From Candidatus Giovannonibacteria bacterium (GTDB lineage Bacteria; Patescibacteriota; Minisyncoccia; JACPKW01; UBA11713), in assembly GCA_016186825.1 (NCBI GenBank), contig JACPKW010000001.1, positions 13,508-77,507 on the forward strand: a DNA stretch of 64,000 nucleotides, given 5' to 3'. The translations under genes and the position numbers were made by a program. Below are positions 44,996 to 53,335 of the stretch, piece after piece; position 1 is the stretch's first letter; each line of letters starts with the position of its first letter. The notes below the pieces were generated by a model, which saw nothing but the letters and a program-made list of their open reading frames with translations, did not search any database and was not told where the DNA came from.

Positions 44996-45991
44996 ATGGA
45001 CCAAAACATAAATGCCAGGACAAATCAGTTTTATACGCGGCTTTTAATAATTCTCGCGATAGTTCTGATTTTAGTTATCACCGCAACCGCGCTCCTTTTT
45101 AAAGGCAGCGACAGATTGCGCCAACTCGGATCGTCTTTCGTTTCCCTGTTCTCGAGAAAAGTTACTGAAAAACAAGAACTGATTCTGAAAGCTGAACCAA
45201 TGCAGGTTAAGTCGGGAGAAAATTTCAGGCTTTCTTACGAACATCGCGGTAAAAAAGAAGACGGCTCTTACACTCTAAGCTTTCAATGCGCCGAAGATCT
45301 TAAATTAATGCTCGACACTGGTGAGCCAGTTTTTTGTTCGCGGCCGCTCGATCTAACTGTTGCGGAGTTGACGCTGAAAGCGTCAAGCACAAAAACAGGA
45401 TTTTCCGAATTGCCGATCAGACTTGAATTTCAAAGCGCTGCAACCTCGACCTCCGACCAGGTGATCGTCAGAATTGAAAGAGAGAGCAACAAGACAACCG
45501 GAGGAACAAATGCTCAAACTGGAACTTCAACTCCTCCGAAACAGACAACCACAAATCCACCGAAAGTGGTAGTCGGTCAGCCGAAGACAATTTATAACAA
45601 CGAACCTATCCGCGATCCGAGTCACGTTGATCTTGATTTAAAAATTATTGATCGCGGAGTTGTAAACCCCACGACTGGCGTATTTACATCAAAATCCACA
45701 GTAGCTTCGGGCGAACGAGCCGCAGTCGTTTTTGATGTTCAAAATAATGGCGGCGTGCCTTCTGGACCTTGGTTTCTTTATGCCCGCCTTCCGATATCCG
45801 ATAAGAATTTCACATCCTCCGTTCAGCCCTCGCTCAAGCCTGGCGACAAAATCAGATTCACGATGGGCTTCGGCGATCTTTTGAATTCCGGCCCGAACGA
45901 CGTTTCATTTAGCGCGAATATTCAGATCAGGCTCCTTGAATCTAATTTCATAAATAATACCGCGACAACTTCTGTAAATCGCGGCTTCTAA
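44996..45991 (+). CDS. secreted protein with a C-terminal CARDB-like beta-sandwich
   Basis: 331 aa. N-terminal TM (LLIILAIVLILVI). The C-terminal segment DLDLKIIDRGVVNP...AAVVFDVQNNGGVPSGPWFLYARL resembles CARDB. Confidence 0.45.
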   Translation: MDQNINARTNQFYTRLLIILAIVLILVITATALLFKGSDRLRQLGSSFVSLFSRKVTEKQELILKAEPMQVKSGENFRLSYEHRGKKEDGSYTLSFQCAEDLKLMLDTGEPVFCSRPLDLTVAELTLKASSTKTGFSELPIRLEFQSAATSTSDQVIVRIERESNKTTGGTNAQTGTSTPPKQTTTNPPKVVVGQPKTIYNNEPIRDPSHVDLDLKIIDRGVVNPTTGVFTSKSTVASGERAAVVFDVQNNGGVPSGPWFLYARLPISDKNFTSSVQPSLKPGDKIRFTMGFGDLLNSGPNDVSFSANIQIRLLESNFINNTATTSVNRGF

Positions 45992-46042
45992 ATTCTCTTC
46001 TTTCAGCTGCGAAAACTATAAACTCCAGACTATAAACTGGCC

Positions 46043-46735
46043 TCACTCCCAGCCCTGCGCTTTTAGGCCGATTTCCGCCGCCTGCTGTTGCGCTTCCTGT
46101 TTGGACGGCCCCTCGCCTTCCCCGATTAACTTTTCTCCAATATAGACGCCCACCACGAAATGTTTGTTGTGATCGGGCCCCCATTCTTTCAGCACCTCAT
46201 ATGTCGGGGTAACGCCCGATATTTCCTGCGCGCGTTCCTGAAACAAGCTTTTTGCGTCACGGAATAATTTTTTTTCTAAGACTTCCTGCATCTTCGTAAG
46301 CAAGCTTTTTTCTATAAAATCCTTGGATACTTCGTAGCCCTGATCAAGATAAATTGCCCCGATTAAAGCCTCGAAAGCATTCGCAAGAATATACTGCCGC
46401 GCGCGCCCGACGTCTTTCGCCTCGCCGCGCGAAAGCAAAATAAAATCATTCATTCCAAGCTCGCGCGCAACTTCAGAAAGCATATTAGCGTTTACCAAGG
46501 CCGCGCGAAAGCTTGTGAGCTCGCCCTCGGGCTTATCGGGGAAAATTTTATAAAGATGCTCGGTCACAATTAATTCTAAAACAGCGTCCCCCAAAAATTC
46601 GAGTCGCTCATTTTGCCCCACATCCCATGACGGATTCTCGTTCAAATACGAACGATGCGTGAATGCCTCTTTCAAAAGCCTCGCATCTTTAAATTTAAAA
46701 TTAATTTTTTCTTCAAACTCCGACAAATCTTTCAT
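46043..46735 (-). CDS. rnc: ribonuclease III
   Basis: 230 aa. The RNase III signature ERLEFLGDAVLELIV, plus a C-terminal dsRBD. Confidence 0.85.
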   Translation of the reverse strand: MKDLSEFEEKINFKFKDARLLKEAFTHRSYLNENPSWDVGQNERLEFLGDAVLELIVTEHLYKIFPDKPEGELTSFRAALVNANMLSEVARELGMNDFILLSRGEAKDVGRARQYILANAFEALIGAIYLDQGYEVSKDFIEKSLLTKMQEVLEKKLFRDAKSLFQERAQEISGVTPTYEVLKEWGPDHNKHFVVGVYIGEKLIGEGEGPSKQEAQQQAAEIGLKAQGWE

Positions 46736-46744
46736 GAATTGATT

Positions 46745-47638
46745 TTAATCATTTATCAGCTTGTGAGCCTTTTTTAAAAGCGGTTTAATATCATCATAAG
46801 TTTTCAAATCATCGAATTCTTCGGGCAAAAACCATCTCGCATCATCAAGGCCGCTATGATCTTCGCCTAAATTTAAATCGCTTTCTTTTGTTTCTGCCAA
46901 AAAATATGTGACTTGCCTGCGAATTTTCCCTTTGGCTGGATCAGATGCAATATATTCGTTTTTTCCGAGTTCTTCTGTCAACACTAAATCTTTCAAGCCA
47001 AGTTCTTCTGCAAGCTCTCTTTTTGCGCCTGCCGATGAATCTTCCTCACCTTCCAAGTGGCCCTTTGAGAGCGTCCAATATCCAAAAACATCGTGGACAA
47101 GCGCAAAAAATATTTTTTTTCCATCGCGCCTGAAAACGACTCCGCCTCCCAATTTTTCAATAGGAAGATCAGCAAGGTCTTTGATAATTTTCTTTTTTGA
47201 AGTTTCATCTTTGCCGGGCTCCCCGATCTCCCGATAAACAGTGCCTAAAACTCCGTTTATGAATTTGCCCGACGAATCAGACCCGAAAGTTTTCGCGATT
47301 TCGATTGCTTCGTTGATCGCAACTTTAGGCGGAACCTCTTCGCGATTGCCAAAAAGAAGCTCGTAAAGGCCGAGACGCAAAACATTACGGTCCACCATCG
47401 CAACCTGTTCTAAGGGCCATTCCGGAGCGGCTTTCTCAATAATCGAGTCTATTTTGTCTCGATTTGCAAGAACGCCGTTCACTAATTCTCGGGCGAATTT
47501 GGGATCATCCATTCCGGGCGCGAATTCTTCTAACATCCCATTTAAAATTTTTTCCACCTGTTCATTTTTCTGCCCGTGAAAATCCCACTCAAAAAGAGTT
47601 TGCATCGCGATACTGCGGGAAAGATGTCTATTTGCCAT
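46745..47638 (-). CDS. NusB-like N-terminal domain fused to a NUDIX hydrolase domain
   Basis: 297 aa. Residues 1-150 are NusB-like (RSIAMQTLFEWDF...LRLGLYELLF...AINEAIEIAKTFGSDSSGKFINGVLG). The C-terminus has a perfect Nudix box GHLEGEEDSSAGAKRELAEELGL (Gx5Ex7REUxEExGU). Confidence 0.75.
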   Translation of the reverse strand: MANRHLSRSIAMQTLFEWDFHGQKNEQVEKILNGMLEEFAPGMDDPKFARELVNGVLANRDKIDSIIEKAAPEWPLEQVAMVDRNVLRLGLYELLFGNREEVPPKVAINEAIEIAKTFGSDSSGKFINGVLGTVYREIGEPGKDETSKKKIIKDLADLPIEKLGGGVVFRRDGKKIFFALVHDVFGYWTLSKGHLEGEEDSSAGAKRELAEELGLKDLVLTEELGKNEYIASDPAKGKIRRQVTYFLAETKESDLNLGEDHSGLDDARWFLPEEFDDLKTYDDIKPLLKKAHKLIND

Positions 47639-47722
47639 ATTTTATTTTGGAGAACCTAAGGAGCCGGTAAAAGAACAATTTTAATTATTTCAAATTATGG
47701 ACTTATTTTTACCTTTATAAAT

Positions 47723-47995
47723 TTATTTCCTTGAAAGTTCTTCGAGGCTGCCCGAACCCTGCTCCTCCTTTGCCCCCTCTAGTTCTTTCTCTTTTTTCTT
47801 TCGCTCTTTTTTATCTAATTTTTTAAGGACATCAATTACCTGTCTGTCGTTATACCAGCCGCAATTCGCACATATTACATGCGGAAGTTTTTCAAAACCG
47901 CAATGGTTGCACTTCGAAAGCCGCCCCACTTTTAAAGCGTGGTGCGATCTCCGGTTATTTCTATGCGATTTTGTATGCCTCATTCGAACTGTCAT
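47723..47995 (-). CDS. rpmF: 50S ribosomal protein L32 with a C-terminal acidic/basic extension
   Basis: 90 aa. MTVRMRHTKSHRNNRRSHHAL plus a CxxC...CxxC zinc ribbon (CNHCG...CANCG). Confidence 0.75.
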   Translation of the reverse strand: MTVRMRHTKSHRNNRRSHHALKVGRLSKCNHCGFEKLPHVICANCGWYNDRQVIDVLKKLDKKERKKKEKELEGAKEEQGSGSLEELSRK

Positions 47996-48094
47996 AAGAA
48001 ATAGCTTAGCAATTCATCGTTTACTTTTCAAGACGTAAAAGAGGGCGAACATATTTCCCGGCCTCTTTTTGGCGTTATTGATTGCTACTGCCAC

Positions 48095-48502
48095 TCATGA
48101 GACCTTGATTTTGGCCTCGGTTGAATCAGCAGAAGCTTCCGCCGCTTTGATACTCCATTTTTTTACCGCATCCTTGATGGAGCTTCGCAAAATATAGAAC
48201 TTCTCTTCAAGCGGGGCTTCTCCAAAACGCGTTAGCAGCTTTTCGGCGAATTCTTTGCCCCACTCCCCAAAAAGAATATCAACCACCCGTCCGCAACATT
48301 CCACCACCCCCTGGTGTCCTAAAAAACCAAAGGTGTGATAACTCAAGTCCGAATCATCACGTTTTGGGTGTTTCGTGCCACAGAGTCCGCACTGGATAGC
48401 GGTATGTGTGCCGTGCATACAATTACCCAGAGTAAATATTTCCGATGGACCTACTGGTTTTTTAAATACGTATCCTCTCCCCTTTCTTTGCTTTTTCTTC
48501 AT
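48095..48502 (-). CDS. Cys-rich hypothetical protein, possibly a divergent YceD/DUF177 positional analogue
   Basis: 135 aa. Cys motifs CMHGTH, CGLCG and ECCGR. It sits upstream of rpmF, where DUF177 usually sits. No confident motif match. Confidence 0.4.
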   Translation of the reverse strand: MKKKQRKGRGYVFKKPVGPSEIFTLGNCMHGTHTAIQCGLCGTKHPKRDDSDLSYHTFGFLGHQGVVECCGRVVDILFGEWGKEFAEKLLTRFGEAPLEEKFYILRSSIKDAVKKWSIKAAEASADSTEAKIKVS

Positions 48503-48607
48503 AAATACCTCCCCGTTTTTGACCGACTTTGAACAACCGTAGAATAAAAAACTTCCAGGCCAATTATCGTACAGCCTATACTTTTTTACAAGCTCCGCTC
48601 AAAACTT

Positions 48608-49288
48608 TCATATGTTGAACATTCGATGTTCAACATTGAGCCTTTCTTCCAGTTTTCGTATGCTTGTCTTTTCAAGCAAATCTCTATACTCGGAGCGGGT
48701 TTCAAATTGATCTAAGATTAAGCTCGGATTTAAAAAATTTGCCCATCGACTTTCATAAACATAATCTTGATAGCTAGACCAAGGATATTGTAATTCTTTT
48801 TTCTTCCACCGTTTTAATTCTCCAGGGTTTAAGTGGATATACGCAGTTAGGTAATGCAAATATTTATCAGTATCTATATGCGCGGATTGAAATTTGCTTC
48901 CAAAAAGATGGCCGGAGCGATTATATCTGGTGTTGAAATATTTCGTATATGCATTTAGCAGACGCTGCATATATTTAGAAATCCCTCCTTCTTTTTCGCT
49001 ACCTACAATCAAGTGGAAGTGATTCGCCATCAAACAAAAACCTACTAGTTCAATATATCTTGACTTTTCAATCTGTCCAAAAATCAAATTGTTGAACATT
49101 CGATGTTCAACCAATGGCACGATGCGCCCAAAAGGATTCAAAACTGCATCACCTTGGAGCGCAAAGAGAAGCGAAAGAAAACGCCAGCGATCTTTATCAT
49201 CAAGAAAGATATTGCGTTTCTCAACCCCTCGGTTGAAAACATGGTAATACTCTCCACCCGCTAATTTTGCCCGAGACATAATCCTCAT
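48608..49288 (-). CDS. IS200-like Y1 (HUH) transposase, REP-associated tyrosine transposase (RAYT)-like
   Basis: The start is taken at the first ATG (MRIMSRAK). The ORF-track start at 49315 is a TTG inside a hairpin. YYHVFNRG (like YHVxxRG) and LMANHFHLIV (the HUH motif) are diagnostic. A C-terminal Tyr-containing helix is present. Confidence 0.7.
   Translation of the reverse strand: MRIMSRAKLAGGEYYHVFNRGVEKRNIFLDDKDRWRFLSLLFALQGDAVLNPFGRIVPLVEHRMFNNLIFGQIEKSRYIELVGFCLMANHFHLIVGSEKEGGISKYMQRLLNAYTKYFNTRYNRSGHLFGSKFQSAHIDTDKYLHYLTAYIHLNPGELKRWKKKELQYPWSSYQDYVYESRWANFLNPSLILDQFETRSEYRDLLEKTSIRKLEERLNVEHRMFNI
48612..48636. repeat. REP-like palindrome ATGTTGAACAT-TCG-ATGTTCAACAT (3' copy, overlaps the last 9 codons of the transposase)
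   Basis: Perfect 11-bp arms, read directly. Confidence 0.85.
49090..49111. repeat. REP-like palindrome TGTTGAACAT-TCG-ATGTTCAACC (internal copy, in-frame inside the transposase gene)
   Basis: 9/10 arm match. It encodes the same VEHRMFN peptide as the 3' copy. Confidence 0.8.
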
Positions 49289-49294
49289 TATAAA

Positions 49295-49317
49295 TGTTGA
49301 ACATCCAATGTTCAACA
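49295..49317. repeat. REP-like palindrome TGTTGAACAT-CCA-ATGTTCAACA (5' copy at the transposase start)
   Basis: Perfect 10-bp arms, immediately upstream of or overlapping the start region. Confidence 0.85.
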
Positions 49318-49331
49318 GTTAGTTCAGGAGG

Positions 49332-49928
49332 TTAGATTAGTTTCGTGCAAAAACTGACGCGGTGAATTTCGGAGAGACCGTTTTTTAAAACCAATTCGCG
49401 GTGGAGTTTCGTCCCATAACCTTTATGCTGGTCAAAATTATAAAGAGGGAATTTTTTTGCGAGGCGCATCATTTTACGATCACGCGTTACTTTTGCAACT
49501 ATGGAAGCCGCAGAAATGACTGAAATCTTTTCATCGCCTTTTATAATCGTTTCCTGCTGATATTCGGAAGGCGCATGAAGAGAACCGTCGAGCAGCAGTT
49601 TAATAGTTGAGTAGTTAAATAGTTTATTTGTTACAAATAACTTTTTGAGACAGCGCTTTATCGCGAGCCTTGTAGCGTATGTAATTCCCTTTTTATCAAT
49701 CACTGCGTTGCTTACGCATGAGACGGAATATCTAAAATTATGATTTTTTTTGATTTTCGAAAACCAGACGTCGCGTTTTTTTGCAGACAGTTTTTTTGAG
49801 TCTCTAATGCCATCAAAAAAATTCGATTTATTAAATTTTGAACCCACTGGCTGAACTAACGCCGCGACCGTAACCGGCCCCGCCAATGGCCCTCTCCCCG
49901 CTTCGTCAATTCCAACAATAAATCTCAT
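49332..49928 (-). CDS. rnhB: ribonuclease HII
   Basis: 198 aa. IVGIDEAGRGPLAGPV is the RNase HII active-site motif. Confidence 0.85.
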   Translation of the reverse strand: MRFIVGIDEAGRGPLAGPVTVAALVQPVGSKFNKSNFFDGIRDSKKLSAKKRDVWFSKIKKNHNFRYSVSCVSNAVIDKKGITYATRLAIKRCLKKLFVTNKLFNYSTIKLLLDGSLHAPSEYQQETIIKGDEKISVISAASIVAKVTRDRKMMRLAKKFPLYNFDQHKGYGTKLHRELVLKNGLSEIHRVSFCTKLI

Positions 49929-50032
49929 GATCTAAGGATAACTTCTTCTTTTACAAAATAAAGGGTAAACTCACTCACAATTAATGTATTGTCAACATAA
50001 CTTATTTTCATAAATTCATTTACAATGTTTGC

Positions 50033-53000
50033 ATGAGCTTCGTGCATCTCCATACCCACAGTCACTATTCCCTGCTCGACGGCTTGGTTAAAATCCCGGA
50101 ACTTGTCAAAGAAGCCGCGAAAATGGGTATGCCCGCGCTTGCGCTGACCGATCACGGAAATCTATACGGGGCCATCGAATTTTATAAAAAAGCCCGCAGC
50201 GCAGGAGTCAAGCCGATTATTGGGCTCGAAGCTTATGTTGCCCTCCGCACAATCCTTGACAAAGAACCTGGAATTGATGATAAGCGTTTTCATCTGATCC
50301 TGCTCGCGGAAAATGACGAGGGATACCACAATTTGATCAAACTCGTAACAATTTCAAACCTTGAAGGTTTTTATTACAAGCCCAGGATTGACAAGGAGCT
50401 TTTACGAAAATATTCCAAGGGTCTGATCTCGCTCTCCGCCTGCCTTGGCGGAGAAATTTCTCGCGCCCTTTTCAGAAGCGACTGGGAAAGCGCGGAAAAA
50501 ATTGTCTCTGAATACAAGGATATTTTTGGCGCGAATAATTTCTATATCGAAATTTCACATCATCCGAATATTCCGAATCATGCAGAAATTCAATCCAAGC
50601 TCCGTGAGCTTGCAAAAAAAACTGGCACACCTCTGGTCGCAACGCAGGACGTTCATTATTTGAAGTCGGAAGATGCTGGAGCACAGGATGTTCTTTTGGC
50701 TGTTCAGACAAACTCAAAACTTGACGATGAAGACCGGCTCACAATGAAAACTGACGATTTTTCTCTAAGGAGTCCCGAAGAAATGAGCAAACTTTTCGCG
50801 GATATTCCTGAAGCAGTCCAAAACACCCTGAAAATCGCCGAACGCTGCAATATTACAATCGAGCTCGGCATTCTCAAATTGCCGGTCTTCGCAGTTCCAG
50901 AAAACGAAACTCCGGAAAGTTTTTTGGAAAAACTCTGCTGGGAAAGAATAAGCAAACGTTATAAAAACTCAACCGATGAGATAAACAAACGCCTCGCCTA
51001 TGAACTCGATGTGATTAAAAAAACAGGCTTCGCATCTTACTTTTTGATCGTGCAGGATTTCGTAAACTGGGCAAAGGACAATGGGATTATCGTTGGCCCC
51101 GGTCGGGGCTCCGCAGCAGGCTCCATCATTTCCTACATTCTTGGAATTACAAATATAGACCCGATTCACTACAATTTAATTTTCGAGCGCTTCATGAACC
51201 CTGACCGAATTTCCCCGCCGGACATCGATCTCGATTTTCCGGACACCGGAAGAGACCGTGTGCTCCAATATGTTGAAAATAAATACGGGCGCGACAAAGT
51301 TGCGCAAATTATCACTTTCGGAACAATGGCCGCGCGTGCCGCGATTCGAGACGCGGGACGCGCGCTCGGAGTCTCTTACGGATTTTGCGACCAGCTTGCA
51401 AAGCTAATTCCTTTCAATCCCACACAAGGAATGAAGGAGGGATGGCTCGATCATTGTCTGAAAGAAATCGAGGAGTTGAAAATTTTTTATGAAAAAGACC
51501 CCGAGGCAAAAAGGGTAATTGACGCGGCATTAAAGTTGGAAGGCGTTGCGCGACATGCATCGGTGCACGCCTGCGGCGTTGTAATCACAAATGACCCGCT
51601 CGAAAATATAGTCCCGCTACAATATGCAACACCGCAAGGAGAGTCAAATGCTCCAAACAACGTAGTAGTGACTCAATATGAAATGCACGCAATTGAGGAT
51701 TTAGGGCTTTTAAAAATGGACTTTCTTGGGCTAAAAAACTTGAGCATCATTGAGGCCGCTACGAACCTAATTAAAGAGAGGCATAATCTCAAACTGGATT
51801 TGGATTCGTTGACCCTCGATGATCCAGCTGTATTTAAAACTCTGGCAGAAGGAAAAACAGTGGGAGTGTTCCAGCTTGAAGGACATGGCATGACGCGTTA
51901 TTTAAAAGAACTCGGCCCAACCAACATTGAGGATATTATCGCGATGATCTCGCTTTATCGCCCGGGACCAATGGAACTTATTCCGTCTTATATCAAGAGA
52001 AAACGCGGAATAGAGCAGGTAATTTATCTTCACCCAAAACTCGAACCAATTTTAAAAAATACCTTTGGAATTGCAGTTTACCAGGAGCAAATGATGCAGA
52101 TCGCACGCGACCTCGCAGGCTTTACTTTGGCTGAAGCGGACACGCTTCGAAAGGCTATCGGCAAGAAAATTAAAAGCTTACTCGCCGAACAGAAGAAAAA
52201 ATTTGTTGAGCGCATGATCCAAAACAAAATTGAAAAATCAGTCGCAAGAAAACTTGGCGACCTTCTTGAACCATTTGCCCGTTATGGCTTTAACCGCTCA
52301 CATGCCGCTTCGTACGCAGTCGTAGCTTACCAAACGGCATATTTGAAAACATACTATCCAATAGAATTTATGACCGCGCTCATGAATGCTGACGAAAAAG
52401 ATATAGAGCGGATCGGTTTTCTAATCAAAGAAACGAAAGAGATCGGGATTGAAGTATTGCCGCCAAATCTAAACTCGTCTTACGACGGCTTTGCTCCCGA
52501 AATATTTTTTGATAACAGCAAAGAAGCGCAGGCGATCCGCTTCGGGCTTCAGGCGATAAAAAACGTCGGATCGAATGCAGTCAAGGCGATCATCGCAGAG
52601 CGCTCTGAAAATGGAATCTTTTCGACCCTTCCGGATTTTCTTGAAAGAATCCCCGCCGAAGATATGAACAAAAAAACGCTTGAGGCGCTTGCGAAATCCG
52701 GCGCACTTGACGCTCTCGGCGAAAGAAATCAGATTCTCGAAAATATGGACACTCTTCTTTCATTTCACCGCGAAGCAAGCGATGCAAAAAATAAAAATCA
52801 AGACTCACTTTTTGGTTCGAGCGATAAAATTTATGCCCCTACGCTCCGCTTGAAAGAGGCCATGCCGGCAAGGCAGGAAGAAAAGCTGCGCTGGGAAAAG
52901 GAACTCCTCGGGCTTTTTGTTTCGGGCCACCCCTTGGAAAAATACCGCGAGGCGCTCGACCGTCATAAGATGAACATCAAAGTCGCAAAATCTTTTAAAG

Positions 53001-53269
53001 AAGGAACGCCCGTCATGCTCGCCGGAATCATCGAGGAATTCAAAAAAGTTTTAACCAAGCAAAATCAGCCAATGCTTTTCTTGAAAATCGCCGATTTTAC
53101 CGATAACATAGAGACAGTCGTTTTTCCTCGCCTGCTCGCCGCAAAAAGCGCGGTTTTCAAGCCCGACGGGTGCATTGCAATCAAAGGCAAAATTTCAATC
53201 AGAAACGGCACTCCGTCTATAATTTGCGAGGAAGCAAAACTATTGGGAGAAACAAACCTGCCCCGTTAG
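50033..53269 (+). CDS. dnaE: DNA polymerase III alpha subunit (compact form)
   Basis: 1078 aa. PHP domain FVHLHTHSHYSLLDG, polymerase core (GPGRGSAAGS, FLGLKNL) and OB-fold region. Confidence 0.9.
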   Translation: MSFVHLHTHSHYSLLDGLVKIPELVKEAAKMGMPALALTDHGNLYGAIEFYKKARSAGVKPIIGLEAYVALRTILDKEPGIDDKRFHLILLAENDEGYHNLIKLVTISNLEGFYYKPRIDKELLRKYSKGLISLSACLGGEISRALFRSDWESAEKIVSEYKDIFGANNFYIEISHHPNIPNHAEIQSKLRELAKKTGTPLVATQDVHYLKSEDAGAQDVLLAVQTNSKLDDEDRLTMKTDDFSLRSPEEMSKLFADIPEAVQNTLKIAERCNITIELGILKLPVFAVPENETPESFLEKLCWERISKRYKNSTDEINKRLAYELDVIKKTGFASYFLIVQDFVNWAKDNGIIVGPGRGSAAGSIISYILGITNIDPIHYNLIFERFMNPDRISPPDIDLDFPDTGRDRVLQYVENKYGRDKVAQIITFGTMAARAAIRDAGRALGVSYGFCDQLAKLIPFNPTQGMKEGWLDHCLKEIEELKIFYEKDPEAKRVIDAALKLEGVARHASVHACGVVITNDPLENIVPLQYATPQGESNAPNNVVVTQYEMHAIEDLGLLKMDFLGLKNLSIIEAATNLIKERHNLKLDLDSLTLDDPAVFKTLAEGKTVGVFQLEGHGMTRYLKELGPTNIEDIIAMISLYRPGPMELIPSYIKRKRGIEQVIYLHPKLEPILKNTFGIAVYQEQMMQIARDLAGFTLAEADTLRKAIGKKIKSLLAEQKKKFVERMIQNKIEKSVARKLGDLLEPFARYGFNRSHAASYAVVAYQTAYLKTYYPIEFMTALMNADEKDIERIGFLIKETKEIGIEVLPPNLNSSYDGFAPEIFFDNSKEAQAIRFGLQAIKNVGSNAVKAIIAERSENGIFSTLPDFLERIPAEDMNKKTLEALAKSGALDALGERNQILENMDTLLSFHREASDAKNKNQDSLFGSSDKIYAPTLRLKEAMPARQEEKLRWEKELLGLFVSGHPLEKYREALDRHKMNIKVAKSFKEGTPVMLAGIIEEFKKVLTKQNQPMLFLKIADFTDNIETVVFPRLLAAKSAVFKPDGCIAIKGKISIRNGTPSIICEEAKLLGETNLPR

Positions 53270-53335
53270 AATTTTATATCTCTGATTGGGGCGAATATTT
53301 TTATTCCCAAGTCTAAAAATAAATAATGAATAGTC

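Noticed and set aside
49925-50155. 76-aa minus-strand ORF
   Set aside because: Overlaps the start of dnaE and the end of rnhB. No motif.
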